A stretch of DNA of 30,527 nt, from contig JAYEOM010000078.1 in the NCBI GenBank assembly GCA_034722955.1, positions 1 through 30,527 of the forward strand. Reading direction: 5' to 3'. A program made the position numbers and the translations under genes. Below, piece after piece: positions 1 to 8,723 of the stretch. Position 1 is the stretch's first letter. The number at the start of each line of letters is the position of its first letter. This DNA is from Campylobacterota bacterium. Lineage in GTDB: Bacteria; Campylobacterota; Campylobacteria; Campylobacterales; Sulfurovaceae. Below the pieces are notes generated by a model. It saw nothing but the letters and a program-made list of their open reading frames with translations. It searched no databases and had not been told where the DNA came from.

Positions 1-125
1 TTTCCTATGACAAGGGCTACTTTATGCTCTTTACTGTATTTTTGTCTATATATGGATCTATCACTACTAGATTCCAAGTAGAGTGTGAGGATGAGAAAGA
101 GAAGAGTGATTTTTATATATTTCAT
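1..125 (-). CDS. N-terminus of a secreted caspase-family (peptidase C14-like) protein, truncated by the window edge
   Basis: Not in the ORF track. Manual translation from the ATG at 125: MKYIKITLLFLILTLYLESSSDRSIYRQKYSKEHKVALVIG. This is a signal peptide followed by KVALVIG, typical of the first strand of bacterial caspase-like domains. The ATG overlaps the upstream TGA (ATGA). Confidence 0.6.
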   Translation of the reverse strand, partial: MKYIKITLLFLILTLYLESSSDRSIYRQKYSKEHKVALVIG

Positions 126-559
126 CTCCTCTTATCCTTTTTATCCCTATTTGTCATTTTATATTTTTGTTTCATTATTTCTGCTTGAGATTTCATACCT
201 AACTGCTCGAAGACATCTTGCATACTTTGATAGTAGAGTAATCTGTACTTCTTTTTTGCTTTTATATCTTTCATACTGTCAACCTCTTGCATGATACCGC
301 CATAGTAGCTCTTTGCCTCACGATAGTTGCCGTTGTCATAGCTATGATCACCTTGACGCAACAATTTAGCTGCCTTAACCTCTGGAGTATAGCAACTTGC
401 CAAGGATGCATCCAAAAATTTGATCTGCTGAAGATATGATTGGGTTTGAAAAACCTGTCGATACAATCGGCTTGCCATACTCTGCTCCTCAAGCGTGCAT
501 TCAGCCGAAGCAGTTTGTAGTAAAAATATGTTTACTATGATAATGATACTATGTTTCAA
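122..559 (-). CDS. Secreted helical, TPR-like hypothetical protein (145 aa)
   Basis: Signal peptide ending ASA-E; TPR-like segment LRQGDHSYDNGNYREAKSYY; purine-rich GGAG upstream. Confidence 0.65.
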   Translation of the reverse strand: MKHSIIIIVNIFLLQTASAECTLEEQSMASRLYRQVFQTQSYLQQIKFLDASLASCYTPEVKAAKLLRQGDHSYDNGNYREAKSYYGGIMQEVDSMKDIKAKKKYRLLYYQSMQDVFEQLGMKSQAEIMKQKYKMTNRDKKDKRR

Positions 560-797
560 GGGGTACTCCTGAGTTAAGATTTTTCTTCAAGAAGTCTCTT
601 CGTATCTTTGCTAGTAATCTGTTTACTATAAGTAGTATCCTTATACTTCTCATTATGGAAAAAATTATAATAATTTATAATTATATGTATATAAAAATAT
701 TATATAATTTTGTGCCTATTATTTTGTATATTTCTATATATAGATATCTACCACTTACAGCAGATGGGGGGAAAAGTTACAAAATCATAAAATTTTG

Positions 798-828
798 ATT
801 TGGGTGTTTATCTCCTTGGGTAGCCTAA
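798..828 (-). repeat. Single end of the GGCTACCC MITE-like repeat family
   Basis: Reverse complement TTAGGCTACCCAAGGAGATAAACACCCAAAT is nearly identical to 14691-14722. It overlaps the TAG stop of the 825-2480 gene. Confidence 0.85.
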
Positions 829-2480
829 GTGCTACTTCTCTCCAGATTTTTTTCATCGATCTTGTTCAAACTCATCTCTCCTTGGCTATCTAAAACTGCC
901 TGATAGAGAGTAACATTATCCAACTCTGATCCACTAGAGTCAGAGGTATTTAGGATAACACAAGTACCGCTCAATGCTCCATCATTTAGATATTGACTAT
1001 CTACCCAAGTTCCTGTATTGGCATAGACATTATCAAGAGTCTCCCAATTTTGTTTGAGCATGGCATGATGTGTATGTCCGAACACTACAATATTTATTTT
1101 GGGGTCTTGCGTAAAATATTGTGCAATTGCTGAGTACTCAAGTGTCCCAAACCAGAAGAATTTACCACTTCCATTCATGATCCCGACGATGACTGAGTTT
1201 GGTACACGAACACCATTTTTTATCTGCCTCTCCTTCCAGTGTGAGCCTATATCTGCTCTATAGATATCCCTTGCCTCATTTGATGAGTAGAGCTGAGTAT
1301 ATCCATCTAGATATGTCTGTATCTGAGCTTTGTTAGGATCAAATCCCGGTATATTTATGGATGCGACTGCAATATCCCAGCTAGTTGTATAGATAAGCTC
1401 CGAACTCATATCTTCTGTTGACTGCACCTCCATAGGTAACTTTTCGGTCGACTTAAGATTGCCTGTTGCATAGATCCTAGTGATAAAGTATCCCGGTGGC
1501 AACAGACTTCCTGCGGTTGTCACAGAATCAGGTGCATTATATAGATCATAGTTGTGACCATGCTCTAAGACAACACTTGGCTCAGGCGAGTAGATACCTG
1601 TGCCGGGGTTTTCTCCTCTCCATTGACCTTTGGGAAAGATTGTATAGAAGATATCTTCACTCAAAAGCATGTCATGATTGCCAGGCACATAGCTGAAATG
1701 GATCAACCCCTCATCTGCTATCTGATTGATTTTATCGATCACATTTTTATTTACCTTGGCATTTGCAACACTTTGGAAATAGGCTTTGGTATCTGTGATG
1801 TTGTCGCGGAGAGTATCATATGCCATAGGGATAACCCACATATCCAACAGATCGCCCAAAATCACCAACTCTTTGATCTGATCACTTGTTCTGACATACT
1901 CTAGAAAATCCTCTAGCAGTTGACCATTTTGGGTAAAAAGACTATAACCATCTGCACAAGCTCTCTCTTCATTCATATGCAGATCACTAATAACTACTAT
2001 CTTGGTACGATCGGTTTCACCAGACTCCAAGAGACCAAATGGATGCCTGCTTGTCGTAGTAAACTCAAGTGAACTGCCATTTTGCATAGATCTGCCATAA
2101 GTTGACTCAACTCTATCTGTAACAACTATCCTGTATCTCCAAGACTCCCTCAGAGTAAAATCTTCATGCAGCAGGATAAGTACTCTATCTTGAATAGGCT
2201 CTTCAGGATTGATGGTCACACTGTATTTTTCCATGAGAGTGCCTGATTTGTCACTGAGATATATATTTCCAGTAAGAGTATCAGGGTTGATCGGTTTACT
2301 GAATTTGAGAGTGATCTGCCTAGCATCACACTCTATCATAGAGTCAGGCGGATATATACTCACCTCTAGCTGATCAGGAGCTGATCCACCTTCATCATTA
2401 TCATCTCCACATCCACCCACTACCAAACTTACTGCGGCAACAACGGAAAGCTTGATTAAATTACGCTTAGAAACATCCAT
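825..2480 (-). CDS. Lipoprotein with an Ig-like (Big_5-type) domain and a calcineurin-like metallophosphoesterase domain
   Basis: Lipobox VGGC after a Tat-like SKRNLIK. Ig-like ITLKFSKPINPDTL. Metallophosphoesterase motifs SDLH, GDLLD, GNHD, HGH and GHTH. AAGGA RBS. Confidence 0.85.
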   Translation of the reverse strand: MDVSKRNLIKLSVVAAVSLVVGGCGDDNDEGGSAPDQLEVSIYPPDSMIECDARQITLKFSKPINPDTLTGNIYLSDKSGTLMEKYSVTINPEEPIQDRVLILLHEDFTLRESWRYRIVVTDRVESTYGRSMQNGSSLEFTTTSRHPFGLLESGETDRTKIVVISDLHMNEERACADGYSLFTQNGQLLEDFLEYVRTSDQIKELVILGDLLDMWVIPMAYDTLRDNITDTKAYFQSVANAKVNKNVIDKINQIADEGLIHFSYVPGNHDMLLSEDIFYTIFPKGQWRGENPGTGIYSPEPSVVLEHGHNYDLYNAPDSVTTAGSLLPPGYFITRIYATGNLKSTEKLPMEVQSTEDMSSELIYTTSWDIAVASINIPGFDPNKAQIQTYLDGYTQLYSSNEARDIYRADIGSHWKERQIKNGVRVPNSVIVGIMNGSGKFFWFGTLEYSAIAQYFTQDPKINIVVFGHTHHAMLKQNWETLDNVYANTGTWVDSQYLNDGALSGTCVILNTSDSSGSELDNVTLYQAVLDSQGEMSLNKIDEKNLERSST

Positions 2481-2651
2481 AAGATATCCTTCTCATCATA
2501 ATCTCTCTCCTCGGAGGAGGCTATGCATATATATATTTACAACATAGCACATTTTAGTTGATAATATACTTTAACTCTTCTATTTAGATTTTGATCTCTC
2601 TTTCCATAAATGGCTCTAACTTAAGTCCTAGAAATTTTAAGATTAATTTTG

Positions 2652-2657
2652 TATAAT
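2652..2657 (+). promoter_or_regulatory. Putative sigma70 -10 box for the paralog pair
   Basis: TATAAT about 30 nt upstream of the start, preceded by T-tracts. Confidence 0.45.
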
Positions 2658-2685
2658 TATCCACTAAAAGCAAATTAAGGAAAGT

Positions 2686-3096
2686 GTGTTTATGCAAAAA
2701 AATTCGCTAGTTTTTTTGGCTATCGGTATTGTGCTTGTCTCTATTCTTTTAAGCTTCTTTTTAAGGATTGGAGATATAGATGAAAATGATATAGCTATTG
2801 GAGATAAATCTTATCACCAAAAAAATATCATTGGACAGACAATTCTTGTCTTTAGTGGTGGAACTTTTCAAAGAAAGTTTCTCGTATGGAAGAGGAGTCC
2901 GCTACATCAAGATTTTTTAGATCATTTTCCTAATTTTGAAGAGATGAAAGCGTTTATTCAAGACCGTATAGATGACCCTGCTTTTCAACGAAAACTAACT
3001 GCACATATCGATAAAATAGAGGGTGCCTACTTCTCTGGTGCCATATCAGATGTAGATGCAAAAGAGATGATTGATGATTTTAAGGAATTTGATTAA
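2686..3096 (+). CDS. Membrane-anchored hypothetical protein, paralog 1 (start may be ATG 2692)
   Basis: N-terminal TM helix; AAGGA RBS; C-terminal domain similar to the next gene. Confidence 0.75.
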   Translation: MFMQKNSLVFLAIGIVLVSILLSFFLRIGDIDENDIAIGDKSYHQKNIIGQTILVFSGGTFQRKFLVWKRSPLHQDFLDHFPNFEEMKAFIQDRIDDPAFQRKLTAHIDKIEGAYFSGAISDVDAKEMIDDFKEFD

Positions 3097-3548
3097 TGAA
3101 AAATGAGCTGTTGATTCTTGCTATAGTTGGTCTACTGTTTGGCTACTTCTTTTTGGGATATGTCTACGAGAGTGAAGGGATAGAGGATAAGACTATTTTG
3201 GGTCACACCATTGTTCCTGTGAAGGGTACTCGATCTGAAGCTGTTCCCATCAGGAGTGATGCTCTTCTACAGACTGAAAATAGACAAGGGGAGAGCTCAT
3301 TGGATCTCAGCACTACTTATGAAGCGGGTCAACTGAGAATTTGGCTTAGAAGTTCCCTGCACAGGGAGTATCTGGATCTATTCTCAAATTTTTCAGCTAT
3401 GAGAGATCTCCTCAATGATCGTCTTTTGGGTGAACCTATCAAGCAGAAGCTTTTAAAAAAGCTCGACTCCGTCGAGGATGATTTCTACTCAGGCACAATT
3501 ACTCCAATCGAAGCAAAAAAAGAGTTAGATCAAATAGATCGATTTTAG
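3096..3548 (+). CDS. Membrane-anchored hypothetical protein, paralog 2
   Basis: TAATG coupling to the previous gene; N-terminal TM helix; shares W-x-RS-x-LH...F-x-NF...SG-x-I motifs with paralog 1. Confidence 0.8.
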   Translation: MKNELLILAIVGLLFGYFFLGYVYESEGIEDKTILGHTIVPVKGTRSEAVPIRSDALLQTENRQGESSLDLSTTYEAGQLRIWLRSSLHREYLDLFSNFSAMRDLLNDRLLGEPIKQKLLKKLDSVEDDFYSGTITPIEAKKELDQIDRF

Positions 3549-4729
3549 TGCTCTCTACCTTTGATCCTCTCAGACCACTCAGATAGATTTTTCTCAAATC
3601 CTACTCCCCTGCTTTCGTAAAAGGTAAAATCCTTATCCATATATGACTGAGCTACCCATCCACCTCTATCATGTGGGTAGAGATAGTTTCTGGCATCTGT
3701 TTTGATATGTACTGGGACAGGATAGATCTCTCCCTCTTGGATGATCTTTTGTGCTTTGTTGATCGCCATATAAGCACTATTTGACTTTGGAGATGAAGCT
3801 AGATAGATCAGTAGCTGCGATAGAGGTATGCGTGCCTCAGGATATCCTATGTGCTTGACGATATTGAGTGTGGAGCTAGCTAGATTGAGAGCATTTGGGT
3901 TGGCATTGCCTATATCTTCACTGGCTAGTATGGCTAGTCTGCGTGCGATAAACTCTGCTGGTTCTCCTCCACTGATAAGCCGTGCCAAATAGTAGAGTCC
4001 TGCATCAATATCACTCCCGCGAATACTTTTGATCATAGCTGATGTAAGCTCGTAGTGGCTATCATCTTCGCTGCTGCCTGCCTGTAGAGCATGAGGGCGT
4101 ATCTGATGCAGGGTCTCTAGCCTAAGAGGGGACTCTATAGCAACTCCACTCTCCAATAGGTTGAGCATAGCTCTAGCATCACCCAAACTTGAAGTGATCA
4201 AAAATGCTTTTGCCTCCTCCTCCACACTAAGAGACTCAGACTCTATAACTTGTTGCAGATACTCTCTCAGGGCTCCATCCTCTATAGCTCTAAGCTCAAA
4301 CAGGTGCGAACGGGAACGCATAGAAGCACTCATAGAGTAGTATGGGTTCTCTGTAGAAGCACCGATAACCAGAGCTGCATTGATCTCCATAAATGGCAAC
4401 AAGACCTCTTGTTGATTTTTACTAAGGCGATGGACTTCATCGATAAAGATCAGTGGTTTTTGCAGTGCATTATTGTACTCTTTAAATATCTTTCGTAACT
4501 CATCTACCTTGAGTGTAGTGGCATTCATCTCATAAAACGGTCTCTGGAGAGTTGTTGCAATGATTCGAGCAAGGGTTGTTTTGCCCGAACCAGGAGGACC
4601 ATAAAAAAAGGCATGGGGAAGCATCCCAGACTCCATCAGTAGGCGCAGAGGAGCATTAGGCGATAGAAGATGCTCTTGACCAACAAGTTGATCTACTGTT
4701 TTAGGACGATATTTAAGAGCTAGATTCAT
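3545..4729 (-). CDS. rarA: Replication-associated recombination protein A (AAA+ ATPase, MgsA/RarA)
   Basis: YRP..VGQEHL; Walker A GPPGSGKT; Walker B FIDEVHR; KSIRGSD; SEDIGNA; GYPEARI. Confidence 0.95.
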   Translation of the reverse strand: MNLALKYRPKTVDQLVGQEHLLSPNAPLRLLMESGMLPHAFFYGPPGSGKTTLARIIATTLQRPFYEMNATTLKVDELRKIFKEYNNALQKPLIFIDEVHRLSKNQQEVLLPFMEINAALVIGASTENPYYSMSASMRSRSHLFELRAIEDGALREYLQQVIESESLSVEEEAKAFLITSSLGDARAMLNLLESGVAIESPLRLETLHQIRPHALQAGSSEDDSHYELTSAMIKSIRGSDIDAGLYYLARLISGGEPAEFIARRLAILASEDIGNANPNALNLASSTLNIVKHIGYPEARIPLSQLLIYLASSPKSNSAYMAINKAQKIIQEGEIYPVPVHIKTDARNYLYPHDRGGWVAQSYMDKDFTFYESRGVGFEKNLSEWSERIKGREH

Positions 4730-4734
4730 AAATG

Positions 4735-5622
4735 CTATCTCTTTTTAGCTGCTTTTTTTGCCTCTTTTCTGGCTTCTCTTTTTCTATCTATCTTGGCTTT
4801 TCGTCTCTTCTCTTCATAATCAGCTTTGAGTTCCTCTTTGATCTTATCCTCTTTTTTCTGCTCTGCTCTGCTCTCTTGCTTGAGATAGCTGTATAGATCA
4901 CTATACTCACGACGAGTGTAATAACGAGTTTTGTTTGTCGGAAGATTATTGAGGCCTATATCACCAAATGCTACCCGTTTCAGGTCGAGAACCTCTGCTC
5001 CAAAGTGAGCAAAAAATCGTCTCAACTCTCTATTTTTGCCTTCACTGATGGTCACTCTGATTTTTGTAAAATTCTTGCCGGCCAAACGCAACTCAAAATT
5101 CTCAAAAGGAGCAAACTCCATAGAGGTTATGCGACTATTTGCATGTGCACCTGCTCTTGCATCATTGAGAACAAGCCCTTCTCTCATAGCAACCATCATA
5201 TCATCACTCAAAGGTTTGTCCAATTTTAAATTGTAGGTTCGCAGTATATTGCTCCTCATCAACTTGTCTGCAACACTAGGTGAGTCTGTAAGAATAAGTA
5301 GTCCCTCTGAAGCATAGTCGAGCCTGCCTACAGGGATAAAGTGCCTAAACTTGCCAGGTAGTTTATGGTAAATTGTTGTTCGTTCTCTATCGTCTCTTTT
5401 GGTGACAAGTACCCCTTTTGGTTTGTTGTAGACTATCATTGTCAACTCTGTACGCTTCTTGACAGCTCTACCATTGACTGCTACATAATCATCATCTTCT
5501 ACTTCATAGGCAAACTCTTTGATAACTTTACGATTGATAGTTACTTCACCCTCTTCTATCAATCTATCAGCATCTCTTCTGGAGTATTTGCTATTGTGTG
5601 ATATATATTTATTGAGTCTCAT
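4735..5622 (-). CDS. rRNA pseudouridine synthase, RsuA/RluB family, with S4 domain
   Basis: S4 domain MRLNKYIS..SRRDAD; NKPKG; catalytic GRLD; EGKNRELRR; basic C-terminal tail. Confidence 0.92.
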   Translation of the reverse strand: MRLNKYISHNSKYSRRDADRLIEEGEVTINRKVIKEFAYEVEDDDYVAVNGRAVKKRTELTMIVYNKPKGVLVTKRDDRERTTIYHKLPGKFRHFIPVGRLDYASEGLLILTDSPSVADKLMRSNILRTYNLKLDKPLSDDMMVAMREGLVLNDARAGAHANSRITSMEFAPFENFELRLAGKNFTKIRVTISEGKNRELRRFFAHFGAEVLDLKRVAFGDIGLNNLPTNKTRYYTRREYSDLYSYLKQESRAEQKKEDKIKEELKADYEEKRRKAKIDRKREARKEAKKAAKKR

Positions 5623-5634
5623 TTTTCCTCTTAT

Positions 5635-6600
5635 CTATTTTTTGATCCCTGCTGTCACCAAATCATGAATATGCAGTACCCCTACTATTTTGTTCTCATT
5701 ATCTGTAATAATGAGCAGTTGAATACGATCCTCTTCGATGATCTCTAGAGCTTCACTCGCCAATAGTTCGCTATTGTGATAACTTCTTGGATCTCTACTA
5801 GCATAACGAAGAGCTGTATGCTCCATATCAAAATCACTACGCATAAGAGCTCTTCTGAGGTCACCATCACTGAGAAGTGCTACCAGCCTCTCTCTCTCAT
5901 CTACGATAAGTACTGTTCCTATCTTACCCTCACTCATCATAAAGATAGCATCTTTTAGTGTAGTCTCTCTGTCGATAATAGGAAGATTTTCAGTTCTCAT
6001 CAAATCCTTAATCTTTACAAAAAGCTTTTTGCCTAGTGTGCCGCCTGGATGAAAAGAGGCAAAATCTTCTGCTTTAAAGCCTATCTTGTTCATCAGGGTG
6101 ACTGCCAAAGCATCTCCCATAGCCATAGTGAGTGTTGTAGATGTTGTCGGTGCAACTCCTAGTGGGCAAGCCTCTTTCTCTACAGTGATAGAGAGTATAA
6201 CATCTGCATATCTCCCTAGTGTAGAGTCGGGGTATGCCGTAAGTCCGATCAAGGGGATATCAAAGCGTTTAATATGCGGCAGTATCTTTATCAACTCTTC
6301 ACTCTCTCCGCTATAGCTAATAGCCAGCAGGGTATCTCCTTTGCTGATCATACCTAGATCACCATGTAGTGCCTCTGTAGGATGCAAAAAAAAGCTAGAG
6401 GTACCTGTACTTGCAAAAGTTGCTGCTATCTTGGCACCCACAAGTCCTGATTTGCCTACACCTGTCACTACGAGCTTGCCTGTTGTCTCTTCTATGTATG
6501 ACACAGCATCTAAAAATTCTTGATTTAGCATATCTCCAGCTTGCAACAGTGACTTGGCTTCAATACGAAATGTCTCTCTAGCGATAGCGATACTATCCAT
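5635..6600 (-). CDS. kdsD: KpsF/GutQ family arabinose-5-phosphate isomerase (SIS plus 2 CBS domains)
   Basis: GVGKSG, ASTGT, HPTEALHGDLG, SYSGES, APTTST, FHPGG and a C-terminal CBS pair. Confidence 0.92.
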   Translation of the reverse strand: MDSIAIARETFRIEAKSLLQAGDMLNQEFLDAVSYIEETTGKLVVTGVGKSGLVGAKIAATFASTGTSSFFLHPTEALHGDLGMISKGDTLLAISYSGESEELIKILPHIKRFDIPLIGLTAYPDSTLGRYADVILSITVEKEACPLGVAPTTSTTLTMAMGDALAVTLMNKIGFKAEDFASFHPGGTLGKKLFVKIKDLMRTENLPIIDRETTLKDAIFMMSEGKIGTVLIVDERERLVALLSDGDLRRALMRSDFDMEHTALRYASRDPRSYHNSELLASEALEIIEEDRIQLLIITDNENKIVGVLHIHDLVTAGIKK

Positions 6601-6623
6601 CTGCTCTGCTACTTTCTTAACTG

Positions 6624-8723
6624 TTAGACATAAAAGAGTGTTGGTATGATAATAGGATAGAGTTTCTTGATCCTGATTACATGCTTTCTCACTGCTAGTC
6701 TGATCTCATTTTCTGCTATTTGAGAAGTCAATACCTGATCTGGTTTTGCATTGAGCAGAAAGTTTTCGATCAACTGTATCACATCTTCAGAGAACCTCTT
6801 ATCTTCTCTGTCTGGTACAAGACCATGTGTCATAACAATAGGTTTTCCTACCAATTTATGTGTCTGCTCTGAAATCTGAACGATAACATTTACGATACCA
6901 TCAGATGCCAACTTCTGTCTATCGACAATAACATCATCTTGGATCTCTCTATTGTTTTGGTTGTCAATAAAACTCTTCCCTGTCTTGACTGTTTTGACCT
7001 TCTTTAGATACTTTGGTGTGATCTCCACCTGATCACCATCACTCATCAGCAAGATATTTCTCTCATTAACCCCACACTTTACAGCAGTTTTGGCATGCTG
7101 TGCTATATGGTTGTACTCACCATGAACTGGCAAGAAAAATTTGGGCTGTACCAATCTTAGGATCAACTTCTGCTCCTCTTGTGCTGCATGCCCCGATACA
7201 TGGATATCAGCAAAATCCTGATAACGAACTGTGGCTCCTGTCTTGACAATATAGTTCATCATTCTTGATACAGAGGCTTCATTGCCGGGAATCGCTTTGG
7301 CTGATATGATGATAGTATCTGTTGGCTTTAGTTTGATATGCCTATGTTCATTGGTCGACATCCTGAAGAGTGCTGCCATATCTTCACCTTGCGAACCGGT
7401 TGTCACTATCATGATCTCATTGTCTGCATATTTATTGATCTCGTGAGGTTCTATGAAGTGCTTGTCAGGTATATCAACATACCCCAATGCTCTAGTCACT
7501 TCAATATTGCGTTCCATCGATCGTCCTATCACACATATCTTTCTATTGTGCTTGATTGCTCTCTCCATCGCCTGATAAATACGGTGAATATTTGAAGAGA
7601 AGGTTGACATCAGCAATCTCCCTTTTGCTAACATATAAAGTGTATCAAATGTGTTGCCCACAACTGCTTCACTTTTAGTAAATCCTGTATTGTAGGAGTT
7701 GGTACTATCACTAAATAGACAGAGTACCCCTTTGGCACCATAGTGAGCAAAACGCTGAAGGTCTGCTGTATATCCATCTATAGGAGTATGATCAATTTTG
7801 AAATCTCCTGTATGGATCAGTGTACCCGCAGGTGTCTCTATCGCTAATGAAGATGCATCAATAATTGAGTGCGTCATATGCATCCACTCAACTTTAAAAT
7901 CTCCTATATCATACTGTTCTCTCTTGGATATGTAGCGGAAATAACTGGTATCATTTTTTAAGCCATGTTCATTGAACTTATTTTCGATCATAGCCAATGA
8001 TAGAGGAGTACCATAAATTGGGAACTTTAACTCCTTAAAGAGATAAGGGACAGCACCGATATGATCTTCGTGTGCATGGGTAATGATAATCGCTTTTATT
8101 TTATCTTTTATCGCATGCAGATAGCTAAAGTCAGGAACTAAGATATCTACTCCATGCATACTCTCATCGGGGAAACTCATCCCAACATCTATGATGATAG
8201 CCATACTCTCTGTCTCAAGAACAGCAATATTGCCACCGATCTCACCTAACCCACCCAATGGAGTAAAGCGTACTCTCCCCTTGGAGCTGATATCTATCTG
8301 TTTCCAAGGGTTCATTCTCGCCTCTTGGATCTCTCTGTTTGCTTGTAGTGATTGCTTCATCTTGTCGCTAACATTGGTCGGTTCATTTTTTCTGCGTCTT
8401 CCACTGCTTTTGTTCCCACTACTTCTGTTGGCACTGTTTTTATTTTGGTTATTAGGCTTCTTATTATTGTTTGGTCGTCTGTTTTGATTTGGATTTGGTT
8501 TTCTGTTTGGATTTGACTGGTTATCTCTTCGCTCTCCGTTTTGCCCCTGAGATCCACTGCTCTGATTGCGATTTGGATTTGGCTTACGATTTGGATTTGG
8601 CTTACGACTACTGTTCGTATTGTTTGCCTGCTGCCCATCACTACTGTTAGTTCTGTGAGGGTTAGGTCTTCTGTTTGGATTGGCTGGTTTTGGGTTTTGT
8701 CCACTGTTTTGACTGTTGTCCAT
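6624..8723 (-). CDS. rnj: Ribonuclease J with a long low-complexity N-terminal extension
   Basis: PLGGLGEIG, THAHEDHIG, HTGDFK, TGSQGE, HVSGHA and PVHGE. Confidence 0.96.
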   Translation of the reverse strand: MDNSQNSGQNPKPANPNRRPNPHRTNSSDGQQANNTNSSRKPNPNRKPNPNRNQSSGSQGQNGERRDNQSNPNRKPNPNQNRRPNNNKKPNNQNKNSANRSSGNKSSGRRRKNEPTNVSDKMKQSLQANREIQEARMNPWKQIDISSKGRVRFTPLGGLGEIGGNIAVLETESMAIIIDVGMSFPDESMHGVDILVPDFSYLHAIKDKIKAIIITHAHEDHIGAVPYLFKELKFPIYGTPLSLAMIENKFNEHGLKNDTSYFRYISKREQYDIGDFKVEWMHMTHSIIDASSLAIETPAGTLIHTGDFKIDHTPIDGYTADLQRFAHYGAKGVLCLFSDSTNSYNTGFTKSEAVVGNTFDTLYMLAKGRLLMSTFSSNIHRIYQAMERAIKHNRKICVIGRSMERNIEVTRALGYVDIPDKHFIEPHEINKYADNEIMIVTTGSQGEDMAALFRMSTNEHRHIKLKPTDTIIISAKAIPGNEASVSRMMNYIVKTGATVRYQDFADIHVSGHAAQEEQKLILRLVQPKFFLPVHGEYNHIAQHAKTAVKCGVNERNILLMSDGDQVEITPKYLKKVKTVKTGKSFIDNQNNREIQDDVIVDRQKLASDGIVNVIVQISEQTHKLVGKPIVMTHGLVPDREDKRFSEDVIQLIENFLLNAKPDQVLTSQIAENEIRLAVRKHVIRIKKLYPIIIPTLFYV
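8569..8607 (+). repeat. 18-bp tandem repeat (about 2.2 copies) in the rnj 5' region, encoding RKPNPN units
   Basis: CGATTTGGATTTGGCTTA at 8569-8586 and at 8587-8604. Confidence 0.85.

Noticed and set aside
85..294. 69-aa plus-strand hydrophobic ORF
   Set aside because: It is antisense to two coupled minus-strand genes that explain the sequence better.
640..750. Very AT-rich palindromic stretch as an origin or operator
   Set aside because: No DnaA boxes; short AT palindromes are expected at this composition, and the origin is evident at dnaA.
2507..2519. CTCCT-CGG-AGGAG hairpin upstream of the metallophosphoesterase
   Set aside because: Only a 5-bp stem with no U-tract and no second copy; too little to call.
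8357..8704. 115-aa alternative-frame ORF inside rnj
   Set aside because: It is open because of the low-complexity repeat sequence; no RBS or recognisable domain.
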